From assembly GCF_000025685.1 (NCBI RefSeq), contig NC_013967.1, forward strand, positions 1,620,001 through 1,652,000: 32,000 nucleotides of DNA. The letters run 5' to 3'. The notes beneath the pieces were generated by a model. It made no database searches and was not told the DNA's origin. It saw only the letters and a list, made by a program, of their open reading frames with translations. The translations under genes were made by a program, and so were the position numbers. The stretch comes from Haloferax volcanii DS2 (GTDB lineage Archaea > Halobacteriota > Halobacteria > Halobacteriales > Haloferacaceae). Below are positions 1-8,884 of this stretch, in pieces; within the stretch, counting starts at the first letter, position 1, and each line of letters starts with the position of its first letter.

Positions 1-450
1 GACTCGAACGCCGACAACGAGACCGTCACCCGTAACGGCGAGCGCTACGTCGTGGTCAACGACTCGACGCTCGTCTCGGTCGACGAGTACTTCCCGGCCA
101 ACGAGACGCGCACCGTCGCCGAGGGTGACTCCTTCGACTACAACAACCAGTCTGTCACCGTCGTCGCCGTCGAGACCTCCGGCGTGACCATCGAGTGGTT
201 CGCCCCCGAGGAGAACACGGTCGCCGTCGACAACGAGGCGAACGTGACGATTTCGGACCAGCAGTACCTCGCGTACTTCCCGGACGGCGAGACGCTCGTC
301 CTGACGCAGAACTACGACAGCTACCAGACGCAGCTGTCAGAAATCGACCGCTTCCACGAGACCGAAAACGGCCTCTGGGGCGTCACTATCGTCTCGTTCA
401 CCACGGTGGTTCTCCTCACCGGGATGGCGTTCCTCCCGTCGCGGTACTGA
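1..450 (+). CDS. hypothetical protein, C-terminal fragment (5' end outside the window) with a single C-terminal membrane anchor
   Basis: Frame 1 is open from base 1 (DSNADNETVTRNGERYVV...) into the listed 52..450 ORF. The body is acidic and Thr/Val-rich, followed by one hydrophobic helix (WGVTIVSFTTVVLLTGMAFL). Codons are GC3-rich. No family recognised. Confidence 0.5.
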   Translation, partial: DSNADNETVTRNGERYVVVNDSTLVSVDEYFPANETRTVAEGDSFDYNNQSVTVVAVETSGVTIEWFAPEENTVAVDNEANVTISDQQYLAYFPDGETLVLTQNYDSYQTQLSEIDRFHETENGLWGVTIVSFTTVVLLTGMAFLPSRY

Positions 451-462
451 ACGCCACGTCCG

Positions 463-693
463 TCACCGTTTTTCGTGCGCCCCGCTCGCTTCGAGCCACG
501 CGACTCCGAGTCCGACGGCGATAGCCGACAGCGACCCGAGTATCTGGAACGCCGTGACGACGACAACCGACTCGCTGGCGACGTAGCGCCACGGGGCTCC
601 CACGAGCGTTCCGACACCGACGAGGACGAGGAACGCGCCGACGGCCAGCGGGAGCCACGACGCCGTCCACGCGAGGGGTCGACGACTCATCAT
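463..693 (-). CDS. small membrane protein (two predicted TM helices), hypothetical
   Basis: 76-aa ORF with two hydrophobic stretches (WLPLAVGAFLVLVGVGTLVG and VVTAFQILGSLSAIAVGLGVAWL). GC3-rich. No recognisable family. Confidence 0.4.
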   Translation of the reverse strand: MMSRRPLAWTASWLPLAVGAFLVLVGVGTLVGAPWRYVASESVVVVTAFQILGSLSAIAVGLGVAWLEASGAHEKR

Positions 694-825
694 CCGAGAG
701 ACTCGATGCGCGAGGGGAAAAGTCAGACGGCGAACCGGAGGTACGGAATGAGGCGGCGGAACGGTTCGGAACTGTGGGGCGAGGCGGACGGTGTTGGGAC
801 TCGCACGCGTCGAACGAGCCCTGTC

Positions 826-3411
826 CTACCGCCGCAGGAAGTCGAGGAAGCGGTAGTCGTGGTCCGGCGTGTAGCTCCGGAACAGGAGGCTGTTCGTGAG
901 GACGGACACCGACGACAGCGCCATCGCGCCCGCGGCGAACACCGGCTGGAGGAGGCCGAGCGACGCGAGCGGAATCATCGCGGTGTTGTAGCCGAGCGCC
1001 CAGAACAGGTTCTGCTTGATTTTGGCGAGCGTCCCCGCGGAGATGCGGATGGCTTTCACCACGTCGAGCGGGTCGTCGCGCATGAGCGTCACGTTGGCGG
1101 CCTCGATAGCCACGTCGGTGCCGGAGCCGAGCGCCGTGCCGACGTACGCGGCGGCGAGCGCGGGCGCGTCGTTGACGCCGTCACCGACCATCATGACTCT
1201 CGTGCCGTCGGCTTGCAGGGACTCGACGGCGTCGGCCTTGTCCTCGGGGAGGACGCCGGCGCTGACGTTGTCGGGGTCGATGCCGACCTGCTCGGCGACG
1301 GCGCGGGCGGTCCGCTCGTTGTCGCCGGTAATCATGTGGACGGTCGCGCCGCGGTCGCGGAGCGCGGCGACGGCCTCGGCGGCCGACTCCTTGATTTCGT
1401 CCGCGTCGGCGACGACGCCCGCGAGGTCGCCGTCGACCGCGACGAGCATCGCGGTCTTGCCCTCTCCTTCGAGGTCGCGGAGCGCGTCCTCGGCCGGCGC
1501 GGGGTCGACGCCCGCGTCCGAGAGGAGTTTGCGGTTGCCGACGAGGACGGGTTTCCCGTCGACGGTCGCGCGAATCCCGTGGCCGGGGACGTTCTCGAAG
1601 TCGTCCGGCTCCGCGAGGTCGAGGCCGCGGTCTGCCGCGCCGGCGACGATGGCGCGGGCAAGCGGGTGTTCGCTGTTGCGCTCGGCCGAGGCGGCGTACC
1701 GGAGCACGGCGTCTTCGTCGAGCGTCTCGTCGTCGGCGGTGACGACGCCGGAGCCGTCGGCGGCGGGGCCGACGGCGACCACGTCGGTCAGCGTCATCTC
1801 GCCTTTGGTGAGCGTGCCGGTCTTGTCGAAGACGACGGTCTCCACGTCTTTGACGCGTTCGAGCACGTCGCCGCCCTTGAACAGGACGCCGTTTTGCGCG
1901 CCGATTGCCGTCCCGACCATCGTCGCGGCCGGGGTCGCGAGGCCGAGCGCGCAGGGGCAGGCGATGAGCACGGCCGACGCGAAGACGACGACGGCGAACT
2001 CGAACGTCGAGACCGCGCCGCCGGCGGCGACGGGGCCGCCAGCGACGAGCCCCCACAGCGGGAGCGACCGGATGAAGCCCGCGAGCGCCTCGGGGAAGAG
2101 GAACCAGACGACGCCCCACAGGAGGGCGTTGGCGATGACCGCGGGCACGAAGTACGCCGAGATACGGTCCGCGAGGTTCTGAATCTCGGGCTGGCGGCCC
2201 TGCGCTTCCTTGACGAGCGAGACTATCTGCTGGATTGCGGTCTCGGAGCCGACCTTGGTCGATTCGACCACGAGGACGCCGTTTTGGTTCACCGTCGAAC
2301 CGACGACCTCGTCGCCGTCGGCCTTCGAGACGGGGACGGACTCGCCCGTGACCATGGACTCGTCGACCGCGGAGTCGCCGTCGACGACGACGCCGTCGGT
2401 CGGAATCTTCTCGCCGGGGCGGACCTTCATGCGGTCGCCGACTTCGACCTCGTCGAGGGGGACTTCGCGTTCGGTCCCGTCGTCGTCGACGAGCGTCGCG
2501 GTGTCGGCTTCGAGTTCGAGGAGCGTTCGGAGCGCCTCCGACGCCTGTCCCTTCGAGCGGGCTTCGAGATAGTTCCCGAGCGTGATGAACACCAAGATGA
2601 GCGCGGCGGTGTCGAAGTAGAGGCTGCCGGCGAGGAGGCCGACGAGGACGGCGACGGAGTAGAGGTACGCCGTCGAAGACCCCATGGCGATGAGCACGTC
2701 CATGTTGGCGGTGCGGTTCCGGACGAGCGCCGTGTAGGAGTTCTCGTAGAACTCGCGGCCGAGGTAGACCTGTACCGGCGTGGCGAACGCGAAGCCGACC
2801 CAGCCGACGGGGACGCCCGTGCCGGGAATCGTCTCGGGAAGGCCGCCGCCGAACAGTTCGACCGCGAGCATCGCGAGGAGCGGGAGCGACAGCGCCGCGC
2901 CGAACAGCGTCAGGCGCTTCTGCCGGCGAATCTCCTCGTTGCGAGCGGCGTCGCGGGCGTCTTCTGCGTCACCCTCGTCGTCGCCGTCGTCTTCGCGGAC
3001 GGGCGTGTAGCCGGCGTCTTCGACCGCCCGGTACATGTCGTCGAGGCTCGCGTCGGCGGGGTTGTAGGTGACGTGCGCCTCGTCGGTGGCGAAGTTGACC
3101 TCGGCGTCGACGACGCCCGGGACCGACTCCAACGACTTTTGGTTGGCGTCGGCGCAGTTCGCACAGCTCATCCCGGTGATGCCGATGGTTCGGGTCTCCG
3201 AGAGCGCCTCGTAGCCAGCGTCCTCGATGGCGTCGTATATCTCGCCGAGCGATACCTCCTCGGGGTCGTACTCCACGGACCCCTCGTCGGTGGCGAAGTT
3301 GACGCTGGCGCTCGTCACGCCGTCGAGCGCCTCCAACGCCTCGCCGACGGTGCGCGAGCAGTTCGCGCAACTCATCCCGCGGATGTCTAAATGGGCCGTT
3401 CGGCTACTCAT
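826..3411 (-). CDS. copA: copper-translocating P1B-type ATPase
   Basis: Two N-terminal HMA domains ([16 protein letters not shown]), the CPC ion-translocation motif ([11 protein letters not shown]), the DKTGTLT phosphorylation site, and the hinge [10 protein letters not shown]. The ORF is open to 3513, but I place the start at ATG 3409-3411 ([15 protein letters not shown]), which is preceded by GGTGAG. Confidence 0.95.
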   Translation of the reverse strand: MSSRTAHLDIRGMSCANCSRTVGEALEALDGVTSASVNFATDEGSVEYDPEEVSLGEIYDAIEDAGYEALSETRTIGITGMSCANCADANQKSLESVPGVVDAEVNFATDEAHVTYNPADASLDDMYRAVEDAGYTPVREDDGDDEGDAEDARDAARNEEIRRQKRLTLFGAALSLPLLAMLAVELFGGGLPETIPGTGVPVGWVGFAFATPVQVYLGREFYENSYTALVRNRTANMDVLIAMGSSTAYLYSVAVLVGLLAGSLYFDTAALILVFITLGNYLEARSKGQASEALRTLLELEADTATLVDDDGTEREVPLDEVEVGDRMKVRPGEKIPTDGVVVDGDSAVDESMVTGESVPVSKADGDEVVGSTVNQNGVLVVESTKVGSETAIQQIVSLVKEAQGRQPEIQNLADRISAYFVPAVIANALLWGVVWFLFPEALAGFIRSLPLWGLVAGGPVAAGGAVSTFEFAVVVFASAVLIACPCALGLATPAATMVGTAIGAQNGVLFKGGDVLERVKDVETVVFDKTGTLTKGEMTLTDVVAVGPAADGSGVVTADDETLDEDAVLRYAASAERNSEHPLARAIVAGAADRGLDLAEPDDFENVPGHGIRATVDGKPVLVGNRKLLSDAGVDPAPAEDALRDLEGEGKTAMLVAVDGDLAGVVADADEIKESAAEAVAALRDRGATVHMITGDNERTARAVAEQVGIDPDNVSAGVLPEDKADAVESLQADGTRVMMVGDGVNDAPALAAAYVGTALGSGTDVAIEAANVTLMRDDPLDVVKAIRISAGTLAKIKQNLFWALGYNTAMIPLASLGLLQPVFAAGAMALSSVSVLTNSLLFRSYTPDHDYRFLDFLRR

Positions 3412-3483
3412 CTCACCTAGACGTACGTGCCCCTCGCTTACCTCGGTTGCCCCTTCAGAACCGAACGTCAGAGCGGGGCGGAA

Positions 3484-3498
3484 CTTTGGATTCGAAAG
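3484..3498. promoter_or_regulatory. imperfect palindrome CTTTGGAtTCGAAAG in the gap between the regulator and copA; candidate copper-regulator operator
   Basis: Read directly. It differs at one position from the perfect palindrome at 4199-4213 and lies 73-87 nt upstream of the copA start at 3411. Confidence 0.4.
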
Positions 3499-3552
3499 CG
3501 CCGATTCCGACACTCAGTCGCCGCCAGCGTCACCCGACCGCCGCCCGCCCGG

Positions 3553-4152
3553 TCAGTCGTCGTTCGCGCCGGCTTCGAGGCGGTCGTATCGGTCTTCGAA
3601 CCGACCGAGGCAGGACGAACAGCAGAAATGGTAGAGCGACCCGCCGATGCGGGCGCTCTCGCCCTCGCTGGTCACCGTGTTGCCGCACTCGGCGCATTCG
3701 AGGGCGAAGCCGGTTCCGTTGACCGTCGGCGACCACTCCGCGGACTCCACGAGGCTCACCTCGTAGTCGCGGACCCGCGAGAGGTCGACCAGTTCGTCTA
3801 ACTGGGCGCGGACGGACCCCCCGTCGAGTCGGGCGTGGGTGGTCACCTCCCCGTCCGCTGCGACGAACAGGTGTTGGACCGGGTCGGCCGCGCGGAGGGC
3901 GTCGCGGACCTCGTCGACGAACTCCGGGCGGACGGAGAGTCTGACGAGGACGGGCGTCCCGCCCGAGAGCGTCGACTGGTCGAGGTCGACGGTGAAGCGG
4001 CGGATGATGCCCTCCTCGCGGAGACGGTCGATGCGGTCGGAGACCGCCGGCGCGGAGAGACCGACTTCGGCGGAGATGTCGCTGAACGGGCGACGGGCGT
4101 CTTCGGCGAGGAGTTCGAGGATGTGGAGGTCGGTTTCGTCGAGCGCGCGCAT
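3553..4152 (-). CDS. Lrp/AsnC-family transcriptional regulator with C-terminal TRASH metal-binding domain (probable copper-responsive regulator)
   Basis: N-terminal HTH (LDETDLHILELLAEDARRPFSDISAEVGLSAPAVSDRIDRLREEGII) and a central RAM-like domain. The C-terminus reads CAEC-x20-CCSSC, matching the TRASH pattern C-x2-C-x19-22-C-x3-C. Start placed at ATG 4150-4152 (MRALDETD) rather than the ORF-track extension to 4254. Confidence 0.85.
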   Translation of the reverse strand: MRALDETDLHILELLAEDARRPFSDISAEVGLSAPAVSDRIDRLREEGIIRRFTVDLDQSTLSGGTPVLVRLSVRPEFVDEVRDALRAADPVQHLFVAADGEVTTHARLDGGSVRAQLDELVDLSRVRDYEVSLVESAEWSPTVNGTGFALECAECGNTVTSEGESARIGGSLYHFCCSSCLGRFEDRYDRLEAGANDD

Positions 4153-4198
4153 GCATCCCGATAGGGACCACGATGTCATAGGTGTTCCTCGCGCTCGG

Positions 4199-4221
4199 CT
4201 TTCGATTCGAAAGTCGAATCG
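4199..4221. promoter_or_regulatory. overlapping perfect palindromes CTTTCGAtTCGAAAG and CGATTCGA-aag-TCGAATCG in the divergent regulator/copZ promoter region
   Basis: Read directly. There are 7+1+7 and 8+3+8 inverted repeats built from TTCGA units, 47-69 nt from the regulator start (4152) and 63-85 nt from the copZ start (4284). Confidence 0.45.
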
Positions 4222-4283
4222 GGGGGTGATCGAACTCCCGAAAGGACAATCCACTAAATCGAGAAGCCCCTACGTCGAACCGT

Positions 4284-4481
4284 ATGTCGACTACGCTCAC
4301 CGTCACCGGAATGACCTGCGAACACTGCGAACAGCGCGTCGCCGACGCCCTCGCCGGCGTCGATGGCGTCGAAGACGCGACCGCCGACCGCGAGGCGAAG
4401 CGCGCGACCGTCGAGGGCGACGCCGACACCGACGCCCTCGTCGCGGCCGTCGAAGACGCGGGCTACGACGCGAGCGCCTGA
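4284..4481 (+). CDS. copZ: heavy-metal-associated (HMA) domain copper chaperone
   Basis: 65 aa with the GMTCEHC metal-binding motif and a ferredoxin-like HMA layout. It is divergent from the TRASH regulator and adjacent to copA. Confidence 0.9.
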   Translation: MSTTLTVTGMTCEHCEQRVADALAGVDGVEDATADREAKRATVEGDADTDALVAAVEDAGYDASA

Positions 4482-4603
4482 ACCCGGACGAGTTGGGCCG
4501 GTCCGCGCGAGCGGAAGACCCGAACGACCGGACGGCGCGACCGACGCGTCGGTTCGACGCGCCGACCTGAACAGTTTTAGCCGGCGACCCGCTACGCTCG
4601 ACC

Positions 4604-4786
4604 ATGCACGCGCGGTCGTGGGCGACCGTCCTGTTCGCGCTCGTCATCGGACTCCTCCTCGCGCTCGGCGTCGTTCGACTCGCCGCCGGCGACACCGGCG
4701 ACTTCGCGCGGAACGCCGGTATCGCCGCCCTGCTAACCGTCTTCGCCGTCGCGCTGGTCAGAGACTGGGAGACGAACGCGGACTGA
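4604..4786 (+). CDS. small membrane protein, hypothetical
   Basis: 60 aa with two hydrophobic helices (WATVLFALVIGLLLALGVV and AGIAALLTVFAVALV). GC3-rich codons. Confidence 0.45.
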   Translation: MHARSWATVLFALVIGLLLALGVVRLAAGDTGDFARNAGIAALLTVFAVALVRDWETNAD

Positions 4787-4894
4787 GCGCCTCGGACGGC
4801 GACCCCCGTCCGCGTCGGTTCCGAAACACATCAGTCCGTTGTCTCTCGCTTCGGGTGCAGACGGTTACAAGAGGCCGCGGTTCTAACCCCGCCT

Positions 4895-5254
4895 GTGTCT
4901 CCACCGAGCGACGACGACTTTCGCACGCACTCCCCGACGGACCCGATAGACGACACGCCCACCGTCTCGTGTTCGCGGTGCGGCGAGGAGTGGGACCTCT
5001 CCTACGAACTCGACGAGCTACAACTGGGAAACCAGTCGGTCGAGCAGTTCGCGCTCGACCACCGCCGCCACACCGGACACTTCCCGGACGACGTTTCGCC
5101 GTGGGTCGTCAGCTGTCGACAGTGTCCCGACGGCGAACAGTTCCTCTCCGAGGCCAGCGCCCGCCGGTGGGCCCGCACGCACGCCCGACACACGCGACAC
5201 GAGGTGTCGATGGACCACGCCGACGAGGACGGCGTCGTCATCGCGCCCGAGTGA
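4895..5254 (+). CDS. hypothetical Cys/His-rich protein with an internal duplication (two CxxC ... HxxHxxH units)
   Basis: GTG start. Unit 1 is CSRC ... HRRHTGH and unit 2 is CRQC ... HARHTRH. GC3-rich coding signal. No named family recognised. Confidence 0.55.
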   Translation: MSPPSDDDFRTHSPTDPIDDTPTVSCSRCGEEWDLSYELDELQLGNQSVEQFALDHRRHTGHFPDDVSPWVVSCRQCPDGEQFLSEASARRWARTHARHTRHEVSMDHADEDGVVIAPE

Positions 5255-5272
5255 GGTTCGCCGGGAGTCCGG

Positions 5273-5896
5273 TCACCCTCGGCTTTCGGTGCCGGTCGTC
5301 GGCCGTGCGGCCGGCGGGACCGGCGGCGTCAGGTCGAGACGCATCTTCGTGTCCGCGCCGTCCGAGCTGACCGTCTCGAACCCGAGTTCGCGGTAGACGT
5401 GGACGGCCCGCTGATTATCGGGAGCGACGTGGAGGACGAGCGCCTCGCGCCCGGCGTCGGCGGCGTCCGCGACGACGTGGCGACACAGTTCGGTCCCGAT
5501 GCCGCGGTCGTGGCTGTCCTGATGGACGAACACCGCGAGTTCCGGCTCCGGGTCGTCGCTCGCCACGTACGCGGCGTGGCCGACGATACCTCGGTCGGCG
5601 ACGGCGACGAAGTTGCGGCCGCGGTCGACGAGGTTCGAGAGCCACTCGGTGATGTGCGCCTCGTCCGTCGGCGGCAGCCCCATCGACCGGGCGTCGGGGT
5701 CGTAGTCGCGGTACATCTCAGCGAGGGCGTCTCGGTCGGCGTCGTCGTACGGGCGGACGACGAGGCCACGACCGTCTTTGCTGACGAACCGCGGGCACCG
5801 AGGGGGACACTGCGGCGTCCCGACGCACCGACTCGCGTCCCAGAAGCCGTCGGAACCACTCGCGCCGTTCGGCCGGTCAACGTCCGTCTCTCCCAT
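5273..5896 (-). CDS. GNAT-family N-acetyltransferase
   Basis: Acetyl-CoA-binding core (VFVHQDSHDRGIGTELCRHVVADAADAGREALVLHVAPDNQRAVHVYRELGFE). Start placed at ATG 5894-5896 (MGETDV). The N-terminal extension carries C-x5-C-x3-C. Confidence 0.8.
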   Translation of the reverse strand: MGETDVDRPNGASGSDGFWDASRCVGTPQCPPRCPRFVSKDGRGLVVRPYDDADRDALAEMYRDYDPDARSMGLPPTDEAHITEWLSNLVDRGRNFVAVADRGIVGHAAYVASDDPEPELAVFVHQDSHDRGIGTELCRHVVADAADAGREALVLHVAPDNQRAVHVYRELGFETVSSDGADTKMRLDLTPPVPPAARPTTGTESRG

Positions 5897-6019
5897 ACGG
5901 GAACGGCGCGAGCGCGACCCTTGAGGGCGGCCGCCGATTCCCAGTTTCCGAGGATTCGAAAACCGGTCCGGATTTATAACGTCCCGGCGGTCCACGCTTC
6001 ACATGTGAGGTGACAGACG

Positions 6020-6556
6020 ATGGCCGCAACCGGCGAAATCGAGATGCTGGGGAACCGGATGGAGTTCGACTACGCCGAGGGCGTCACCGGCTACGTGCTC
6101 GTGTTCGCCCGCCTCGTCACGGGGTACTGGTTCCTCCACGCGGGGGTGACGAAGTACCTCGGCGCCGAGCCGTTTAACGCGGCCGGCTGGCTCGTCAACG
6201 GCACCGCGGGCGCGCCCGGCCCTGTCCACGCGTTCCTCGCGTGGGTCGGCCAGACGCCGGTGCTGCTCGAATTCACGAACCTCATGGTCCCGTTGGGCGA
6301 GACGCTCATCGGCCTCGGGCTCGTCGTCGGGGCCGCGGTCCGCCTCGCCGCCGCCGGGGGCGCGTTCCTCATGACGTTCTTCTACCTCGGCAACGCCGAG
6401 TGGGGCCACGGCCTCGTCAACGGCGACCTGCTGGGGCTCGTGATGTTCCTCGTGGTCGGCGCGCTCGCGACGGGCCGCATCCTCGGCCTCGACGCGTACC
6501 TCGAAGAGACGGAGTTCGTCCGCCAGCGACCGAAGCTCCGGTACCTCCTCGGCTGA
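6020..6556 (+). CDS. DoxX-family membrane protein
   Basis: 178 aa, four hydrophobic helices, N-terminal LVFARLVTGYWFLHAGVTKY pattern typical of DoxX/DoxD-like proteins. A TTTATAA box at 5972-5978 lies about 45 nt upstream. Confidence 0.7.
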   Translation: MAATGEIEMLGNRMEFDYAEGVTGYVLVFARLVTGYWFLHAGVTKYLGAEPFNAAGWLVNGTAGAPGPVHAFLAWVGQTPVLLEFTNLMVPLGETLIGLGLVVGAAVRLAAAGGAFLMTFFYLGNAEWGHGLVNGDLLGLVMFLVVGALATGRILGLDAYLEETEFVRQRPKLRYLLG

Positions 6557-6658
6557 GGGGGCGTTCCGGCCGCGCTCGGCTATCGTTTCTCTCGAACAGT
6601 GTTTCCGAAGATTCCCGCGTCTCAGGCCTCTTCGAACCGGCTTTCGCGTGTCGGTGGG

Positions 6659-6674
6659 TTTAGGAGTCCCTAAA
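6659..6674. promoter_or_regulatory. palindrome TTTAGG-agtc-CCTAAA (box 1), candidate metal-repressor operator
   Basis: Read directly. Same architecture as 6695-6710 and 13414-13429. It lies upstream of the oxidoreductase/FecCD/ATPase operon. Confidence 0.5.
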
Positions 6675-6694
6675 ATCCGAAAGTGGTTTATTGT

Positions 6695-6710
6695 ATTAGG
6701 GACGCCTAAA
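6695..6710. promoter_or_regulatory. palindrome ATTAGG-gacg-CCTAAA (box 2) between a TTTATT TATA-like element (6687-6692) and ATG 6715
   Basis: Read directly. The 12-mer CCTAAAACGTAT (6705-6716) is identical to 13424-13435. Confidence 0.5.
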
Positions 6711-6782
6711 ACGTATGAACGAAGACGGAGCCGACTTCGACCACGTCGCTCGCGGGTTGTTCTCACGGGGGCGGTCTGCGCC

Positions 6783-7772
6783 GTGACCGACCAAGGCACT
6801 GAACTCGACTCGGCGGACGTGGTCGTCGTCGGCGGCGGTCCCTCGGGATGCGCCGCGGCCGTCTTCACCGCGCGGTACGGCCTCGACACCGTCGTGTTCG
6901 ACCGGGGGAACGCCGCCTTGCGTCGGTGTGCGTACCTCGAAAACTACCTCGGCTTCCCCGCCGGCATCGGCGTGGACACGTTCACCGCGCTCATGCACGA
7001 ACACCTCGCCGAGGTCGGCGCGGACTACGTCGCCGACATGGTCGTCTCGGTCGAGCGACCGGGCGACGAGAGTGAAGTCGCGGCCGCGAGCGAGGGCGAG
7101 TCGGACGCGTTCGACGCCGACGCTCGGCGCTTCGTCGTCCGCACGCAGGAGGGTCGCCGGGTCGAGGCCGACCACGTCGTCGCCGCCGCGTGGTACGACG
7201 GCGACTACCTCCGCGGCCTCGACGACGACGACGCGATGTTCGAGGAGCACGACCACCACGGCGAGGTCCACGAGCAGTTCGATTCCGACTACGCCGACGA
7301 CGACGGGCGGACTCCCGTCGACGGACTGTACGTCGCCGCGCCCTCGGGCGACCGGAACGCGCAGGTCGGCATCGCCGTCGGACAGGGCGGTCACGTCGCT
7401 CGGTGTCTCATCGAGGACCGCCGGCGCGAGCGCGGCTTCCCCGGCGACCTTGCGGCCCACTACGACTGGCTCCGAGCCGACACCGAGTTCCACGGCGAGT
7501 GGGGCGACCGCGACCGCTGGCGCGAGTGGTTCGACGGCGAGGTCCCGGACGACGCCGACCTCGACGACGAGCGCCTCGCGGAACTCCGCGAGTCCTACAT
7601 CGACCGGGCGTTCGACACCCGCCGGACCGACCACGAGGTCGAGGCCGCGGAGCCCCGCGGCATCCGGCGACTCGTCGAGACCATCGGCACCGAGCGCGTC
7701 CTCGACGCGCTTCCCGACGAGGCGCTCGCTGACTACCTCGACGGGCGCGAACTCGGAGGTGTCGAGCAGTGA
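6783..7772 (+). CDS. FAD-dependent oxidoreductase (thioredoxin-reductase-like fold, no recognisable NAD(P)H-binding motif or redox CxxC)
   Basis: Rossmann motif DVVVVGGGPSGCAAAVFTARYG and C-terminal FAD motif GLYVAAPSGDRNAQVGIAVGQGGHVA. There is no second GxGxxG. An acidic insertion and a roughly 100-aa C-terminal extension are present. The only plausible start just upstream of the Rossmann motif is GTG 6783; the ORF-track start at 6648 would run through the operator boxes. The stop overlaps the next gene's start. Confidence 0.75.
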   Translation: MTDQGTELDSADVVVVGGGPSGCAAAVFTARYGLDTVVFDRGNAALRRCAYLENYLGFPAGIGVDTFTALMHEHLAEVGADYVADMVVSVERPGDESEVAAASEGESDAFDADARRFVVRTQEGRRVEADHVVAAAWYDGDYLRGLDDDDAMFEEHDHHGEVHEQFDSDYADDDGRTPVDGLYVAAPSGDRNAQVGIAVGQGGHVARCLIEDRRRERGFPGDLAAHYDWLRADTEFHGEWGDRDRWREWFDGEVPDDADLDDERLAELRESYIDRAFDTRRTDHEVEAAEPRGIRRLVETIGTERVLDALPDEALADYLDGRELGGVEQ

Positions 7773-8884
7773 GCGGGACGACGCCGACCGAACAGTCTTC
7801 CGGGTCGGTGCTGACCCGGCTGTTCGGATGGATTGACGGCTCGCTCGTGTCGCTTTGCCTCGCCAGTCTCGTCGTCGTCGTGGCCGGCGGCCTCGTGCAG
7901 GTCAGCTTCGGCGCGTTCTCAATGACCATCGCCGAGGCGTGGCGCGCCGTCTTCGACCCCGCGGTCATCTTCGACCCGCAGGTCTGGCAGGTGTTCCTCC
8001 TCGGCGGCGAACTTCCCGAACTCGGTCGCCGGACGCTCATCGTCTGGAACATCCGGCTTCCGCGGGTGTTCGTCGCCATTCTCGTCGGCGCGAACCTCGC
8101 AATCTCCGGCGCGATTTTCCAGGCGGTCACCCGGAACGAACTGGCGAGTCCGTTCATCCTCGGCGTCTCGTCGGGGGCCGGACTGCTCATCCTCCTCACG
8201 CTCGTCGTCTTCTCGGGACTCGTGGCGTACCTCCCGCTTTTGGCGGCGCTCGGCGGGATGTTCGCGTTCGTTCTCGTCTACCTCATCGCGTGGAAGAACG
8301 GCACCTCGCCGGTCAGGCTCGTCCTCGCGGGCGTCATCGTCGGCACCGTCTTCCAGAGCCTCCAGACGGGGCTGTTCTTCTTCGTCGACGACATCGGCGT
8401 CGTCCAGTCCGCTATCGCGTGGACGACCGGGTCGCTCACCGGCACCGACTGGGAGCAGGTCCGCATGGCCCTCCCGTGGTCCATCATCGCCGTCGGCCTC
8501 GCGCTCGGAAGCTCCCGCCAGCTCAACGTCCTGCTTCTGGGCGAGCAGACCGCCCGCTCGCTCGGGATGTCCATCGAGAAGGTCAGATTCGCCCTCTCGG
8601 GCGTCGCGGTCCTCGCGGCCGCGGCGAGCATCGCCGTCGCCGGCATCGTCGGCTTCGTCGGCCTCGTCGTCCCGCACCTCGTGCGGAACGTGGTCGGCAG
8701 CGACTACAAGCGCCTCGTCGTCGGCTGTCTGTTCGCCGGCCCGGCGCTGATGGTCGCCGCCGACGTGGGCGCGCGCCTCGCGCTCAACCCGATTCAGCTC
8801 CCGGTCGGCGTCGTCACGGGCCTCGTCGGCGGGCCGTACTTCCTCTACCTCATGCGCAAACAGCAGAACATCGGTGAAGTGTGA
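7769..8884 (+). CDS. iron-chelate (siderophore/cobalamin-type) ABC transporter permease, FecCD/BtuC family
   Basis: 371 aa with about 9-10 TM helices. FecCD-type motifs: LRLPRVFVAILVGANLAISGAIFQAVTRN, LLLGEQTARSLG, GIVGFVGLVVPH, PVGVVTGLVGGPYFLYL. The GTG start overlaps the upstream stop. Confidence 0.9.
   Translation: MSGTTPTEQSSGSVLTRLFGWIDGSLVSLCLASLVVVVAGGLVQVSFGAFSMTIAEAWRAVFDPAVIFDPQVWQVFLLGGELPELGRRTLIVWNIRLPRVFVAILVGANLAISGAIFQAVTRNELASPFILGVSSGAGLLILLTLVVFSGLVAYLPLLAALGGMFAFVLVYLIAWKNGTSPVRLVLAGVIVGTVFQSLQTGLFFFVDDIGVVQSAIAWTTGSLTGTDWEQVRMALPWSIIAVGLALGSSRQLNVLLLGEQTARSLGMSIEKVRFALSGVAVLAAAASIAVAGIVGFVGLVVPHLVRNVVGSDYKRLVVGCLFAGPALMVAADVGARLALNPIQLPVGVVTGLVGGPYFLYLMRKQQNIGEV

Noticed and set aside
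475-3390. 971-aa plus-strand ORF antisense to copA. Similar long ORFs occur at 11230..12984 (-), 29751..31709 (+), 29767..31260 (-), 3530..4429 (-), 14993..16102 (-), 16111..17130 (-) and 22816..23964 (-).
   Set aside because: They are Arg/Gly/Asp/Pro-rich and low in complexity, with no motifs, and they overlap genes with unmistakable family signatures in another frame. This is the usual stop-codon-poor shadow ORF of high-GC DNA.
3412-3513. N-terminal extensions proposed by the ORF track for copA (to 3513), the Lrp-TRASH regulator (to 4254), GNAT (to 5995), FKBP (to 10374), Htr (to 26984), the wHTH gene (from 27324) and the M20 peptidase (from 29611).
   Set aside because: The extensions run through promoter or operator sequence, or into the IS. 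They add no homologous sequence, and internal ATG codons give N-termini typical of each family.
5944-6614. GTTTCCGAGGATTC (5944-5957) and GTTTCCGAAGATTC (6601-6614) flanking the DoxX gene. The first also forms a loose palindrome with TTCGAAAAC that resembles the copper-box half-site.
   Set aside because: A 13-of-14 match is expected many times by chance among all position pairs in 32 kb. The second copy lacks the other half-site and the spacing differs from the copper palindrome. I noted it only as a weak possibility.
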